In this document: positions 28,245 to 41,651 of the stretch, one piece after another
Numbering within the stretch: position 1 is the stretch's first letter
Layout: each line of letters opens with the position of its first letter
Assembly: GCF_009914755.1 (NCBI RefSeq)
Contig: NC_060933.1
Length of the DNA: 64,000 nt
Reading direction: 5' to 3' (one strand)
DNA from: the human T2T-CHM13v2.0 reference genome, Homo sapiens
Notes under the pieces: generated by a model
The model's database searches: none
The model's input: the letters and a program-made list of their open reading frames with translations, nothing else
Told to the model about the DNA's origin: nothing
Translations under genes and position numbers: made by a program

Positions 28245-28702
28245 CTGAGTGCCAGCCAGTGAGTTATCACCTTGAGTGTGCACACATAGAGATTCCCTGC
28301 ATAGCCATGCGGAAATGAGGGGTCTTCAGTTTTTGATATTTGTCAGCTGACAGCTTCTAAGCCCCACCCCTCCATCTGCCTCTTGTGCCCCACATCTAGG
28401 TAAACTGATAAGAAAGCCTAGATTATCCCTCCTGATTCAAATAGGCAATCCCCTGCCCACGTGCAGGAACTTCCACCCTGGTCCAACCTCCTGACCACAA
28501 TAAAAACCTAGGCCAGTCTCCTTTCCTTGCTTCCTTTCAAGCCATTCAGAACGGCTTGAGAGGTCTGCCCTGCTCTTGTCAGAGATCTAAATTACATAAG
28601 CGATAAATATTTGCATAGCCTGTTGGTGTATGTGGGGTCGTCAGTCTCAACATCTGCACAAAACAGCTTGGTAGTCCATCTGCCACTGCAGGTAACCATA
28701 AC
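28245..28702 (+). mobile_element. ERVL-type solo LTR (LTR47-like)
   Basis: gagttatcaccttgagtgtg...ctgataagaaagcc...ccacaataaaaacc...ccataaca. Confidence 0.55.
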
Positions 28703-28833
28703 AATTGGATAAAGGCAGGCGAGACTGTGGGGCATCAGCTTTCAAAAGCAACAGCACTAGTACTGGTAGCAATGACAGTCAAAATTGGTGAACGACCCAT
28801 TTTGAATCAGGCCCTTTGGCTTTCTCACGCTTG

Positions 28834-28863
28834 AAAGTAGGGTTGGCCAAAGTAGGGTTGGCC
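28834..28863. repeat. Perfect 15-bp tandem duplication
   Basis: aaagtagggttggcc twice. Confidence 0.95.
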
Positions 28864-29924
28864 CCTCATAATAAGTAAAACCTTGACGTTCTTAGATGAA
28901 AAGTGAGAGAGACATTGAGGAAAATGTTTACTTAATGTGGTTAAAAAGAGCCTCAAAATGAGTAAGTGGAAAAATAAAAGTGATGTCATTATAACTGAAC
29001 ATCAAGTTAGCAAAGACAATCTTGTCAGACACTCTATTATTTGAGAGTCACTTGAGAGAGAAGCAGAAGGAATTGCAAGCGTTTTGGTTTTTTGCATGCT
29101 TCTGTGTCACAGATACCATAAAGGGAACATAATATAAACAGTTTATGGAAGGTAAGTCATAATAGCTCCATGTTACGGATAAAGAAACTGAGACTCACAT
29201 ACATTTGTATAACTTGTCTAAGATCACAAAAGATAGGTGCAGCTGGGAAGACATCCCCTGCCAAAATGATTATGCTCAAATGGATTCTGAAATTCTACCT
29301 GAAAATTCTACCATTTAAAATTCATTTTTAGGACTTCCCACTCTTTAAGAACCTTTTCTGTCTAAAACATAAGCTCCTTTCTAGTAGGTTAATGCCTTAA
29401 TACCTTATGCAAGGGAAGAAGGCTGATGGGCAACAGGGAAGAAAAGTAAGAGGTTACTTGTTAAAACAAAGATAAGTGCTTGAGAACAGAGGAAGGGTGC
29501 TGGTGAAACGGCTAAAAAAAGAAAAGAGAAGCTGCTCAGGCAGATGCTGGCTGGAGTATGGTACAGAGAAAAGATGTCCCATATATGCCCTACCATCCTG
29601 GAATGTCAAAGCTCTACTTGACCCTTACAGACAACCTAGCCCAATTTTACAAATGGAGAAACTGAGCCTCAAAGATATAAAATTACTTCCCTTGGTTAAT
29701 ACAGATGTATCGTTAATACCCATGTATTGCAGGACTAGAATGAGGGTCAGCCAGTGCTAGTCTCTATCTCAGGGCCACTTCCGTTCATTTGTCATGCAGA
29801 ACGATGTCTTCCCTTTAACATTTACTAGATCTAGCCTATGACCAAATCCTATCTAGGTGTTATATGAAAGCTTCTACTATTTGGAGGAAAAAATATTCTA
29901 TCAAAACTTTAGTCCACTTGCATT

Positions 29925-31212
29925 TACACTTTAATTGAAAATGTTATTGAGATCAGTAAGTTTATATGCAGCTGTACAAAAGAAATATGAAGTTACTGTG
30001 TACATATCACCTAGTTTCCTCAAATGATAATGTCTTGCAATGGTAATATTTAGCATTTTGCAATGATAACATTTAGTATACTATCACGATCAGTTTATTG
30101 ACATTTATACTATCCACCAATCTTATTCAAATGTCTTCAGTTTTACTTGTAATCATATATGCATACCTCTATGTGTATGTGTGTATTTTATCACATGTGT
30201 AAATCTGTGCATTCACTACAACAGTCAAGATACTCACAAGTATCCTTTATGTTGTCCGTTTATAACTAAACCACCTCCTTCCCACCCCACCCTACTTCTG
30301 TAACCTCTGTCAACCACTAAACTATTCTCTATTTCTAAAAATTGATCATTTCAAAAATGTTATATAAGTGGAGTTATATAGTAAATAACCTTTTAGTATT
30401 GTCTTTTTTTCACATATCAAAGTTCCCTGGAGATTCAGCCAAGTTGTTGCATGTATCAATATTTCGTTCCTTTTCATTTCTGAGTAGTATTCCATGATGT
30501 GGATTTACCACAGTTTGTGGAATCATTCAGATGCTGAACCATTTATCTGGGTCATTTCCATTTTGGGCTAATACTAATAAAATTGCTGTGAACATTTATA
30601 TACAAGTTTGTGTGAACGTAAGTTTCCATTTTCCTGGGATAAAAACCTGAGGGTGCAATTGCTGGGTTGTGTGGTAACCACACTTACAGTTTTATAAGAA
30701 ATCACCAAATTGTTTTTCATTGTGACTGTGCCACATAACATTCCCGTCAGCAATGGGAATGAATGAATGAATGATCCAATTTCTCCATATTCTCAGAAAC
30801 ATTTGGTATTGTCACTGTTTTTTTATTTTAGACATCCTGATAGTTGTATAGTGATATCTCATTGTGGGTTTAATTTGCATTTCCCTGATGACTTACGATG
30901 CTGAGCATCTTTTCATATGGCTATTTGTCACCTGTATATCCTCTTTGGTGAATCTCTGTTCATGTCTTTTACCCATTTTCAAATTGGATTGTTTGTTTTT
31001 TACTGTTGAGTTTTAAGAATTCTTCACATAGCCTAGATACTAGCCCTTTGTCTGGTATGTGGCTTGCAAATGTTTTTACTGATTCTGTACCTCATCTTTT
31101 CATTATTTTTAATAAAATCTTTTACAGACCTAAACTTTTTGATTTTGATAAGGTTCAACTTAACAATTTTTCTCTTTATGGATTGTGCTTTTGGTGCAAG
31201 GTCTAAGAACAT
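29925..31212 (-). mobile_element. L1MC/L1MD 3' region
   Basis: tgagtagtattccat, tagtgatatctcattgtgggtttaatttgcatttccctgatgact. Confidence 0.85.
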
Positions 31213-31224
31213 TTTGCTTGAATC

Positions 31225-31920
31225 CCTTGATGTTGTCCATTCTGTGGTCTCATTGCATCTCAACTGGACAACCATGATAGTCTCTCCACTGCTATCTGCT
31301 CCTGCCATTGAAAATGAATTCATCCTACGCCAAACTGCCAGATTGCAATTAACGTAGCACAGGTGCAATTACAGAAATGCTGTCCTCAAACATTCAAAGG
31401 TCCCCACTGAATATTAAAGTACAATCTCTCCCGCCTAGAATTGTAACCCATGCCCCCTACCTGCCACTTTTTCTGGTTCTGCCCAGCCAACTCCCTTCCC
31501 CCTTAACATGTCATATTCTAGACAAAACAACTACTAGCTGCTCTCCAAGAAGCACTTATAATTATGGTAGTGGTAGGGATATGAACTGGGAAGAATGGAC
31601 TTCTAAAGTGATACATAAAACCCCATTTCTGCCAATGAAAATTCTACCTAACTTATCAATGTCCATTTTAAATGCCACCATCTCCATGGAACTGCTCTTG
31701 ATTGCACCCAACTGGCATGTGTTATCTCCCTCACTCCACTAAACCAACAGCACATTGCACCTCTCTTACAGCAGTTATTTTATTCTCCCATTTGTACCCC
31801 AGTCTTATACATTTTGCAAGACGTTGGTCTGCCCAAGGGCAGGAGTTGTGTCCTCCTCATCTTTGATTCCCCTGCAGGACCTGGTACACAAAAAGGACCC
31901 AGAATTGTTTAGTTGACTGG
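31225..31920 (+). mobile_element. L2 fragments
   Basis: aagggcaggagttgtgtc...cctggtacaca...tgtttagttgact. Confidence 0.55.
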
Positions 31921-32141
31921 AACCACATCAGCATCACTCCAGTTCAGATGCACATGGCCTATTCACCGTATAAAACAAAATAAAAAGGCAAGCTATGCTC
32001 ATCTTTCTAGCCTCCAGGCCAGCCTTAAGATTTTTTCCTAACCATTCCCTCCTTTCTTCCACATCCTTCCCTCTACACATAACCAAAGCAAAAAGAAGAA
32101 AAAGAAATAAATGCTGAAGCTGATGCCACACTGAAATTTTA

Positions 32142-32452
32142 TTTTATTTATTTATTTATTTTTACAGAGCTTTGACCCCTGGGTCTGAAAAAGGCACTGA
32201 CTCCTGCCAAATTTTGTTTGTTTGTTATATGTTAATTTTCAACAATTTTTATGGGTTCAAGGTAAGTGTATATATTTATGGTATACATGAGATACTTTGA
32301 TACAGGCGTGCAACAAGCAATAATCACATCATGGAAAATGGAGAATCCATCCCCTGAAGTATTTATTCTTTGTGTTACAAGCAATCCAGTTATACTCTTT
32401 GAGTTATTTTAAAATGTACATTTAAAGTATTATTGACTTTAGTTGCCCTGTT
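32142..32452 (-). mobile_element. L1MA 3' end plus an extra 3' segment, inside a 15-bp TSD
   Basis: TSD cacactgaaatttta at 32127-32141 and 32453-32467; L1MA tatatttatggtatacatgagatactttgatacaggc. Confidence 0.8.
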
Positions 32453-32592
32453 CACACTGAAATTTTAAACACCTCTATAAGCAATATTTTCAAATCAGAA
32501 GTAAGTAACTTTTCATTCTGTATTGAGTGCAATAGTGTGCCATGCCTCTAACAACTTCTCTAGGAGCCTACTACTCCCTCGAATTTACTTAC

Positions 32593-32622
32593 AACTCCCA
32601 TCTTGGCAATTCTTCAACTCCC
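32593..32622 (-). CDS. Candidate micro-exon E (30 nt, phase 2-2): (G)GVEELPRWE
   Basis: cattgcttttctgccttgaattgcag|gggagt...ggagtt|gtaagt; strong acceptor and GTAAGT donor. Confidence 0.45.
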
Positions 32623-33196
32623 CTGCAATTCAAGGCAGAAAAGCAATGAGGTGTCAGACAGTCCATTGTTGCTAGCACTTCCAGGAAAAGGAGTAATAGA
32701 TCTTTTTCTTTTTACAATCCCAACTCTTTCTTATCAAATACATATCTGTTTTGAGCACATAGACTATAATTTTTAAATGCTCATTGAATTAAACAAGTGA
32801 ATCAACACAGTCACTGAAGCCTTTTTAGCTTCCTAAACCACATTAGAAACAAAAAGAATAAAAGAGCATTACAGATAACAAAATATCAAAAACTTGGTAT
32901 TTTTAGTTGACTTTTTTAACACTGGCAAGTGGTTTGGATCTATTAGTGTATAAAAAATGTTTTCCCCATTATAATAATATATCTAGAAAAAGTGTATTTC
33001 TCCATAGGAATGTGAAATTCTTTCTACTTTTCCTGAAATGCTGCCTCTCTCAAATATAAATGTAGTTTCATTGTGAAAGTCTCTTTAAGATAACCAAGTA
33101 CTGTAGAGTCTACATCTTGTCTGAGTAGAGTTTTTGTCAGATCAACAGATTTCTCCTTGTGGTTCTAGAAATTATTAACTATCCTCTTGTAGTCAC

Positions 33197-33238
33197 CCAC
33201 TCAAGGAGAGTTGCTCTGATGTAGATTCACCAGTTATA
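33197..33238 (-). CDS. Candidate micro-exon D (42 nt, phase 2-2): (N)ITGESTSEQLSLS
   Basis: cccactttttttgttag|tataac...gagtgg|gtgact; the only open frame of this segment is the one the chain requires. Confidence 0.4.
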
Positions 33239-33399
33239 CTAACAAAAAAAGTGGGAGTTGCCAATGAAAAGACATAAAATAACTTCACAGTCAAAAGCTG
33301 TTCTAGAAATTCATTTTGGTTTTTGCCCCACAGTAGATATGGTGAAAGCAGACATCTGCAACCTTGATTTGGAGATTGACTCTTACATGCACATGCAAC

Positions 33400-33810
33400 T
33401 AACATTTATGAGCATCTGATATAGGCCAGACACTGTCAATTGGCACTAAGGAAAGGTGCAAAAATAAATAAACTGTAGCCACAGCCTTGAGAGAGTGCAC
33501 AGTGCAAGGAGAAGAGGTGTATTCAAAATGCTATGGTACCTCAGAAAAACAAGCAATGAATTTTGCCTGGAAGACTCCTCATAGGAGACATTACATTGAA
33601 TCTGAGCCTTGGAAGAAATGTAAGAGCTTGCCAAGTAGAAAGGAAATATAAGGAAGATGGGGAAACAGTCTATATAATAGGCTAGTGAATAAATGTATCA
33701 CAAATGAACGTGACAGGTCCAGGAATAAGTGGTTCCGTGTGGTTTGCAGATGGAGTAATGAGTCTTAAAACATTGGTCTGCATAGGGAGATTGGAGCAGG
33801 GATTTTAAAA
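33400..33810 (-). mobile_element. L2 fragment
   Basis: aacatttatgagcatctgatataggccagacactg...tgagccttggaaga. Confidence 0.65.
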
Positions 33811-34977
33811 GGTTTTGATTTACCACAGTTAATGTTTCTATTTTGATTGACAACAATTGCTCATAGTAAACATGGTGAAATCTAGGAGAACTGAGCAGCT
33901 AACTGCCTGTGTTGAGTGTTTTCAAATCCTTTACCTCATTTGTGCCTCACAGCTACATTATGAGGTGAGGTTTCTTATGCCCATTCTACATATAGAAACC
34001 TAGGACCCTAGGTTATTAAGTCTCTGTATCAGCTCACCCCAGTCCGTGTTGCTTCAAAGTCTGTTCCCATTGCTCTGCATTATGTATCTCCTCCCTTGAT
34101 AAGTTAAAAAAAAATAAAAATAAAAATAAAAAGGTCAATGGGGGAGGAGGACAAAGAAAGGGGCTTCAAATTTCTCGGTATATGAGTTCTAGGATCCTGT
34201 TTTCAAAGTGGTGTTTTGTTTATAAGTAGGTATAAACATCCCCCTTTCTATTTAATCTTAGCTACTCTTAAAAGCCCATTTTAAGCCCTACCTTGAAAGG
34301 TAGAGAATCACTCTGGCCCATGAGTATCACCTCACCAGGAATTAAGCATAACTTTCATTACATTCATTTCTTGCCATACATTGTTATCTTCTATTTCTGA
34401 ACCAGTCTTATCACCCTCTTAGTTGATAAGCTCCTTCAGATGCCTTATTCGTGGCCTTTTGTCAGCAGCCCCCACCTCAATGCCTTACACCCAACACACA
34501 TTCTCTACAGGTTGGTTCCCTGGGTGTAAATCAGGACTTTTTGGCCGGGTTCTGAGGAAAAAAATGGAAAGACTCTATAGAATTTTGTCCAAGAAAATTT
34601 CGAAGCTAGATGGTTTCACAAACAATATTTTATCAAACATTTGAGGAAGAGGTAGTTTCTCTTCTATTTAAACAGCTTCAGAGCAAAGGAAAAGATGGAA
34701 TGTATCCTAAATCATTTACAAAGCCAATGTAATACAATAATAAAACTTGACAAAGATACTCCCAAAATAAAGCTTAAGTCCCATTAGGAATATTGAGGCA
34801 AAATGGAGACAACACAGCTTTGCCTCTGGGTTAGAGCACTTACTCACTTTATTTCCTTGGTAGTATGATTTAACTTTTCCATAACTATGGTTTTACTAAT
34901 GGTAAGATAAATAAAATAATAGTACAGTATGATAATATAGGGCTACTCCAGGTTCAACAAAAGTTGTCATGATAATG

Positions 34978-35555
34978 ATGATGCTCACATTTATTATTTG
35001 TCTGGCACTGTTCTAAGACCTATTCATGCATACATGAATACCTAATCTTCCCAACAACCCTGAGGTAGGTATTACTCTAATCCCCACTTTACAAGTGAAG
35101 TACCTGTGACAGCATGAAGAGAAGTACCACAGTTACACAACTTGTAAATGATAGTACTATGGTCTGAATGTCTGTGTCTCTCCAAAATCTGTATATTGAA
35201 ATTACAACCCGAAATTTGATGGGATTAAGAGGTGGGACCTTTGGGAAGTAACTCTATTATCAGGGCAAAGCCCTCATGAATGGGATTAATGCCCTATAAA
35301 ATAGGCACAAGGGAGCTTGTTTTCCCTTTCTGTTATGTGAGCATGCAGTGAGAAGGTGTTGTCTGTGAGGAACCAGCCCTCACCAGACACTGAATCTGCC
35401 AGCACCTTCCAGCCTCCATAACTGTGAGAAGTAAATTTCTCTTGTTTACAAACTTCCTAGTCTATGGTATTTTGTTATAGCAGCCCAAACAAACTAAACT
35501 GAGTCAGGATTTGAACCTAGGCAGACTGGTTCCAGGTCTCATACTCTTAGCAGCT
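34978..35555 (-). mobile_element. MIR split by MLT1A
   Basis: caacaaccctgaggtaggtatt...cttgtaaatgatag | gagtcaggatttgaacctaggcagactg. Confidence 0.7.
35155..35500 (+). mobile_element. MLT1A MaLR solo LTR
   Basis: tatggtctgaatgt...ccctcatgaatgggattaatgccct...gtattttgttatagcagcc. Confidence 0.85.
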
Positions 35556-35889
35556 CCTCTAGTCATTAATATTAGTGTCATATTAACATGGCAAAGGAAA
35601 ATATGTACAATATTTTATCAATGCAGAAAAATAAATGAACAAGAAAAAAAACAACAGCTTTTTATTGAAAAATAAACTTTAAGCGATTTAGGGTACATCT
35701 TTATTAAAAAAAATATTTGTATTGAACCAAAGATCAATATTGGACTTAACTTTGAAATTCATTTAAAGTCACAAATAAGACCAACAAGTTGCAGAAATTT
35801 CTATTAATTTACATTGTTCTTAGAATTTCTAATGATCATTATGCTGAGCATTGTAGCCAATGTAATAAGGCATGAAAATAAACAAGAAG

Positions 35890-36299
35890 TCTGTCTCAGC
35901 CCATTTGTATTGCTATAAAGCAATACCTGAGGTTGGGTAATTTATATTGAACAGAGGTTTATCTGGCTTACAGTTCTGCAGGCTGTACAAGCATAGCACC
36001 AGCATCTGTTTCTGGTGAGGGCTTCAGGTGCCTTCTGCTCATGGCAGAAGGCTAAGGGGAGCTGGTGTACATAAATCACATGGCAGAAAGTGAGAGAGAG
36101 GGGAGGAGTTGCCATGCATTTTAACAATCAGATCTCAAGGGAAGTAAGAGCAGGAACTCAATCCTGTGAGAATGACTTCAAGCCATTCATGAGGGATCTG
36201 CCCCCATGATCTAAATCCCTTCCACCAGGCCCTGCCTTTAACAATGGGGAGCAAATTTTAACATGAGATTTAGAGGGGACAAAAATCCAAACTATAACA
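35890..36299 (-). mobile_element. MST (MSTB-like) MaLR solo LTR inserted in an old L1
   Basis: ttgctataaagcaatacctgagg...catgagggatctgcccccatgat...atccaaactataaca. Confidence 0.85.
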
Positions 36300-36954
36300 A
36301 GGTTTAAGTACTGTAAAGGAGATGGTTCGATCATGGATCTGAAAGTATCAAGAGAATCAACTTAAAGCTTATTCACGCTGGTAAGGGGAACTGGTTACAA
36401 AATAAAATTACTCAACAGTTCTACATGTCTGCAAAAAACCCAAAGCTATAAAAAGTTTAATTCAAAGAATTCTATTTTAAATAGCAGCACAATTATAAAA
36501 CAATTAGAAATAAACTTAGCAAGATATGTGAAGGACCAGACCATATAAACAGAAAAGAACTACAAAATCTGTGAAGCATGAAAGACAAATAAATGCAAAG
36601 TCTAGAAGTTACCTGTAATTCCAACAAGAAGTTCAATGTTTTTGTGAGGAAATTTTTCTATGCTTCTAAATTTTGTTCCAGAAGGTAAACAGATGAAAAA
36701 AAAAAAAAAACCTACGGATTTCTTTTTTTGGAGTATAGGAGTGAAATGAATAAAAACCCAGATATAATATTATCACAGATTATAAATAAAAGTTGTGTTG
36801 TAACAGTACATTAGTGGACAGAGAGATTAATGTAACAGAGGGAAAATAAAAACAGAAATAACTGTATCAAATAATTTAGTATTTTATAAAAATGGCATTT
36901 CAAGTCAATATAGGATGAATTGATTTTTTAATAAATAATAAAGAAATTTAGTCT

Positions 36955-37280
36955 CGTGGCAGAGGGGAAATTTTCTTTCAGTGGAGGAAATCCACCCTTC
37001 TTCCCCCTTTCTCTAACTCTGCTGTCTCAAAAGCAAATGTGATGGCTGGAGCTCTATCAGCCATTTTATGGCCATTAATATGAGTGGGAGCTGAAAGGTA
37101 GACTAGACTAGCGAGTTGAAGGGTAGGTCAGTATCTAAAAATGTCCTGAAGCCAACACTGGACTGGTTAACTACGGAACTTATTTTATGTGAGAGAAAAC
37201 TGCACTTCAATATTTTTAAAGATATTGTGATTTGGGAGTTTCCTCTCATATGAAATTGAGCTGAATTCTACCTGATACAG
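36955..37280 (+). mobile_element. MLT1J-like MaLR LTR
   Basis: atgtgatggctggagct...cagccatttt...ttatgtgagagaaaa...cctgataca. Confidence 0.6.
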
Positions 37281-37654
37281 ATTCCTTCCTAACAACTTAA
37301 ACCCAAATAAACATTGCCTTTTTAAAGAATAAGTAGACGTTTTAGAAATAAGGCAGATTATAGAGAAATATTTCTCACATTTTAGGAAAGAGAAGGCTTA
37401 AGTGTATATACAGGAGCAAAATATATAAAGAAAAATTGACAAAGAATTAAACTTTTTAAAATACAAAAATCAGGAAAATGTACATCTTGGGAAATAGTTA
37501 TATAAAAGGTATTCACAATTATCTTAACAAATGAAAAGTTTTGTATACATCAACAAGAAAAAGCTCCCAAATAACCGAATAAATAATATTATGAGGCAAT
37601 TTCTAAGGAAGAATAACATTTGGCCTGTTAACATGTGAACCATATAAAAATACT

Positions 37655-38339
37655 AGTGTGTGTTGTTTCCCTCCCTGTGTCCATGTGCTCTCATGTTCAA
37701 CTCCCACTTATAAGTGAGAACATGTGGTGTTTGGTTTTCTGTCCCTGTGTTAGTTTGCTGGGGATAAGGGTTTCTGGCTCCATCCTGTCCCTGCAAAGGA
37801 CATGATCTTGTTCATTTTTATGGCTGTATAGTATAACATGGTGTATATGTACCACATTTTCTTTATCCAGTCTATCATTGATGGGCATTTGGGTTGATTC
37901 CATGTCTTTGCTATTGTGAATAGTGCTGCAATGAACATACATGTGCATATATCTTTGTAACAGAATGATTTCTATTCCTTTGGGTATATACCCAGTAATG
38001 GGATTGCTGGGTCAAATGGTATTTCTGTTTCTAGATCTTTAAGGAATCACCACACAGTCTTCCACAATGGTTAAACTAATTTACATTACCATGAACACTG
38101 CAAAAGTGTTCCTATTTCTGCACAACCTTGCCAGCATCTGTTGTTTCTTGACTTTTTAATAACCACTATTCTGACTGGCATGAGATGGTATCTCATCGTG
38201 GTTTTGATTTGCATTTCTCTAATGATCAGTGATGATGAGATTTTTTTCAAGTTTGTTGGTTGCATGAATGTCTTTTGAGAAGTGTCTGTTCATGTCCTTT
38301 GCCCACTTTTTAATGGGGTTGTTTTCTTCCTGTAAATTT
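37655..38339 (-). mobile_element. L1PA8-like fragment lacking the 3' terminus and tail
   Basis: Close ORF2 C-terminal match ([20 protein letters not shown]); no tail and no TSD found. Confidence 0.9.
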
Positions 38340-39131
38340 AACTCTTTTAAACATGTTTAATATACCGAATTAGTGAATATTCAAGGAAATTGTCACCTTC
38401 ATACAATATTAGTGGGAGTATTATCATTATAACTTGATCTATAGGGCAATTTATTAATATCTGTCAAAAATCTTAACAGTATTTACAACATTTGATTTCA
38501 CAAATCTATAGCAATTTGTCCTAGAGAAATTATTATGGTAATGTGTGACAGTGTCTGATAAAACATTTTGCTGTACCAAAGTGTATAACAGTGCAAATGT
38601 GAGGCAAACTAAGTGTTCAAATAGAAGACTAATTAAATAAAGGCAGTCTACACATGAAACAATATCATTCAACCATTGGAAATATTTAGTTAAAAAATAA
38701 TCACGAGAAAATATTCACAATATATTGTAATATAAAACAAAAAAGACAAAATATTTGCAGGGTAATCTTTTTGTATTTTTTACAGTAGCATATACACAAA
38801 ATATCAAAAGTAATTATAACCATGTGGTGATATTTTATTCATCCTTTGGAGTTTTCCTGCATCTTGAAAATTTTATGCCATTAGTATATATTAAATTTAC
38901 AATTGAGTAAAATTTAAAAGCAACAGAAAAAGAATGCTAATGATCTGAATCAAGATTGTAATTTATAAATCTTAAATTAGAGCCCCATATTTTTCACTAA
39001 GACTATTCTTTAAAACATCAGACCCAGGCGGAACTTTTGTATTGAATAAGAGTGGACCATAGTTTTTGGCTTTATAAGTTATTTCCATTGACAATCACAA
39101 TAGGGTAAAAATCATCTTTAGACTTGAGATT

Positions 39132-39777
39132 CCAAATGTCCATCAACAGATGAATAGATGAATTCCCAAATGTCCAGTGATGGATGAATGGATAAAGAAA
39201 ATGTGATATATGCATACAATGGAATATTGTTCAGCCTTCAAAAGGAAGAACATCCTAGTATTTGCAACATCATCAGTGAACTTGGAGACCATTATGCTAA
39301 GTAAAATGTGCCAGTCACAAAAGGACAAATACTGCATGACTCAACTTACATGAGGTATTTAAAATAGGTCAAACTCACAGAAGCAGTGAACAGAGAATAG
39401 AATGATGGTTACCAGGGCCTGAGGGGAGGCAGGAATGGCAAATTGTTGCTCAATGGGCATAAAGTTCCAGTTATGCAAGATAGACATGTCCTAGAGATCT
39501 GTTGTACAACATAGTACCTATAGTTAAAAATAGGATATTGTGCTTTTGAAAATATGTTAAGAGGATAGATCTTGTGTTAAGTGTTTACCCAAACAACAAA
39601 ATGAAACAAACACACACAGGAACAGAAGGAAATTTTTGGAGGTGATGGATATGTTTAGTACCTTGATTGCGGTGATGGTATTGTGGGTACATGCGTATGT
39701 TCAAACTCATCAAAATGTATACATTAAATGCATGCATTTTTTTTCATATATCAATTATACCTCAGTAAAGCTTAAAA
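39132..39777 (+). mobile_element. L1MA9/L1MB-like 3' end
   Basis: ccagtcacaaaaggacaaatactgcatg, ctagagatctgttgtacaacatagt, tcaattatacctcagtaaagc. Confidence 0.85.
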
Positions 39778-40654
39778 GAACTGAGTTTCCGTCTGTCTTT
39801 CAAAGCATTTATTTGGCGTGATCTTATTGGGAAGGTTAGAATGTAGTGGAATAGCTAGAATTTCAAATCAACAAGTTATTCTAAAAGCAGGATATCTATT
39901 TGAACAATAAACTTAGTCACATTAAAGAGAAACCTCTTTTGGTGTGTAAGAATGGAGGCATTCACATGATACTCCTGAATCCGTGACCCACATGCATCTC
40001 AGGAGAGAGCAGATTAAATCTGATTGACATATAAATAAGTGATACAGCTCGGTTCATGCTGATGAAAATTATTTGCCAGAGGAATCCTTCCAAGGCAGTT
40101 AAACCAAAAACTTATCACTTCACTGCAGTGTGCACAGAGTCAGATCCAAAGAGCACTCTCCATGCTCTTATTATGAATGACAATAAAACCACACTCAGGG
40201 AGAGAAGGAAGAGGAAACAAATAAGCAGAACCTCAAATGTGAGCAATGCAGGAAGTGCTTAATGCAGCCAGGTCACGTGGTGCTGGACATCAAGTTGAAT
40301 GCAACTGACTAATCAAGCCAAGGATCCGCAAGGCTTCAGGCAGGGCCATTCCAGGCCATGAGTGAAAGCTTAAAGACGGAGTGAGAGCAATTCTAGCGAC
40401 CACTTTACAGTGCCCCACAGAGACAATTACGGAAAGGAGAGAGCCCCACACACTAGCTCAGGATCACCCCACAACTCTTGCCACACCCTTCTCACCACAC
40501 CTATGGCCACTGCCCTGGTTCAGGCCCTCATTACTCCTCAGCTGCATGCTGAAGCATCCTCCTACCTTTCTTATTTTTCCTTTCTTGAGTTTTTTGGCGC
40601 CCCATTCATCCTCCACATTGTCCCCAGAGATAGTGAGTGGAGCAAATATTATGA

Positions 40655-40868
40655 GGGTTAGGGACAGAGCATCATAAGCTCAAATACTGGGCTTAAATCC
40701 ATCGCTGACTAGCCATGTGGATTTGGTAAAAAATGCAACCACTCTGAGCCCCAGTTTTCCCAAAAGTAAAATAGGTCTCTTAATCCTTCATGGGGGCTGA
40801 GAGGATCATTTGAGGATGAAATGGAAGATACTAGCACAGTTTCTACTGGTAGGATAGTGCTCAGTATC
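40655..40868 (+). mobile_element. MIR
   Basis: ctgggcttaaatcc...actctgagccccagttt. Confidence 0.6.
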
Positions 40869-41651
40869 CTTGTATGGCACCTCTTTGCCTGTAGAAATGT
40901 TATCCATATTGAGTTTCTTGGACTAGTATTTCCATGTATCGTAGACTATCAAGACTCTGAGAAGTCCTAAAACAGCCAATAAAACAGTTTAACATTATTG
41001 AATCCAGAATTTTCAAATCCATTGCCCAGGAAAATAGTTTTCTTTCCTAGAAACACTTATTAACATCACATGTGTTTCTGTAAGAGGCAGATATGCAATA
41101 TTTGATCAACTTATTAGCCACAAAATCCCTTTATTAGAAAACATTCCTCAGGACTAAAATTATATAAAGATCTTTGGAAAATGTTAGTCTATAAAAGGGA
41201 GTTCATGTTGATCCTCCATGGTCTGGCTGCAGCCTACCTTCTCAGACTGATTTCCCAACCTCCAACTCACATTTTAGCCCTATCCAACTGTGTACCACCT
41301 CCAAAATAAACCAGCACTTCCCACATCCATGTCCGGGCTTAAGAGATTCCCTTTATCCCTTTCACCCTCATGCCACTCATTCATGCCTTCTGTATCTTCT
41401 GAAGCTCTATTTCCAGCTTTCATGCTGTGGAGTTATCTTATTTCAAATCAGGACAAACTGCTTATATTTCCATTAAGGCAAATATTGAGATTAGCTTGAA
41501 ATGCTAGATAGGTCTTTACAATTTGCCTTTTTGGCTATTTTGTCTTTATATGCCTCAGGCCCAACTATTGTACTTTACATTCAATAAGGATTTGGTGAGC
41601 AAAAGGATGACAGGAAATTACTATTATTAATAAATAATAATCCTCCCAACG

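Larger units (their letters stand above)
35570..38900 (+). mobile_element. Fragmented ancient L1ME interrupted by MST, MLT1 and L1PA
   Basis: Scattered ORF2 and 3' motifs (tagaaataaacttagcaagatatgtgaaggacc; atagggcaattt). Confidence 0.5.

Noticed and set aside
29312-29361. Candidate 50-nt minus-strand exon (TEKVLKEWEVLKMNFK in one frame)
   Set aside because: Weak GTAGAA donor, and it introduces a stop in the chain's frame.
39950-40300. Repeat-free stretch that might be a conserved enhancer
   Set aside because: Conservation cannot be judged from one sequence, and there is no decisive motif cluster.
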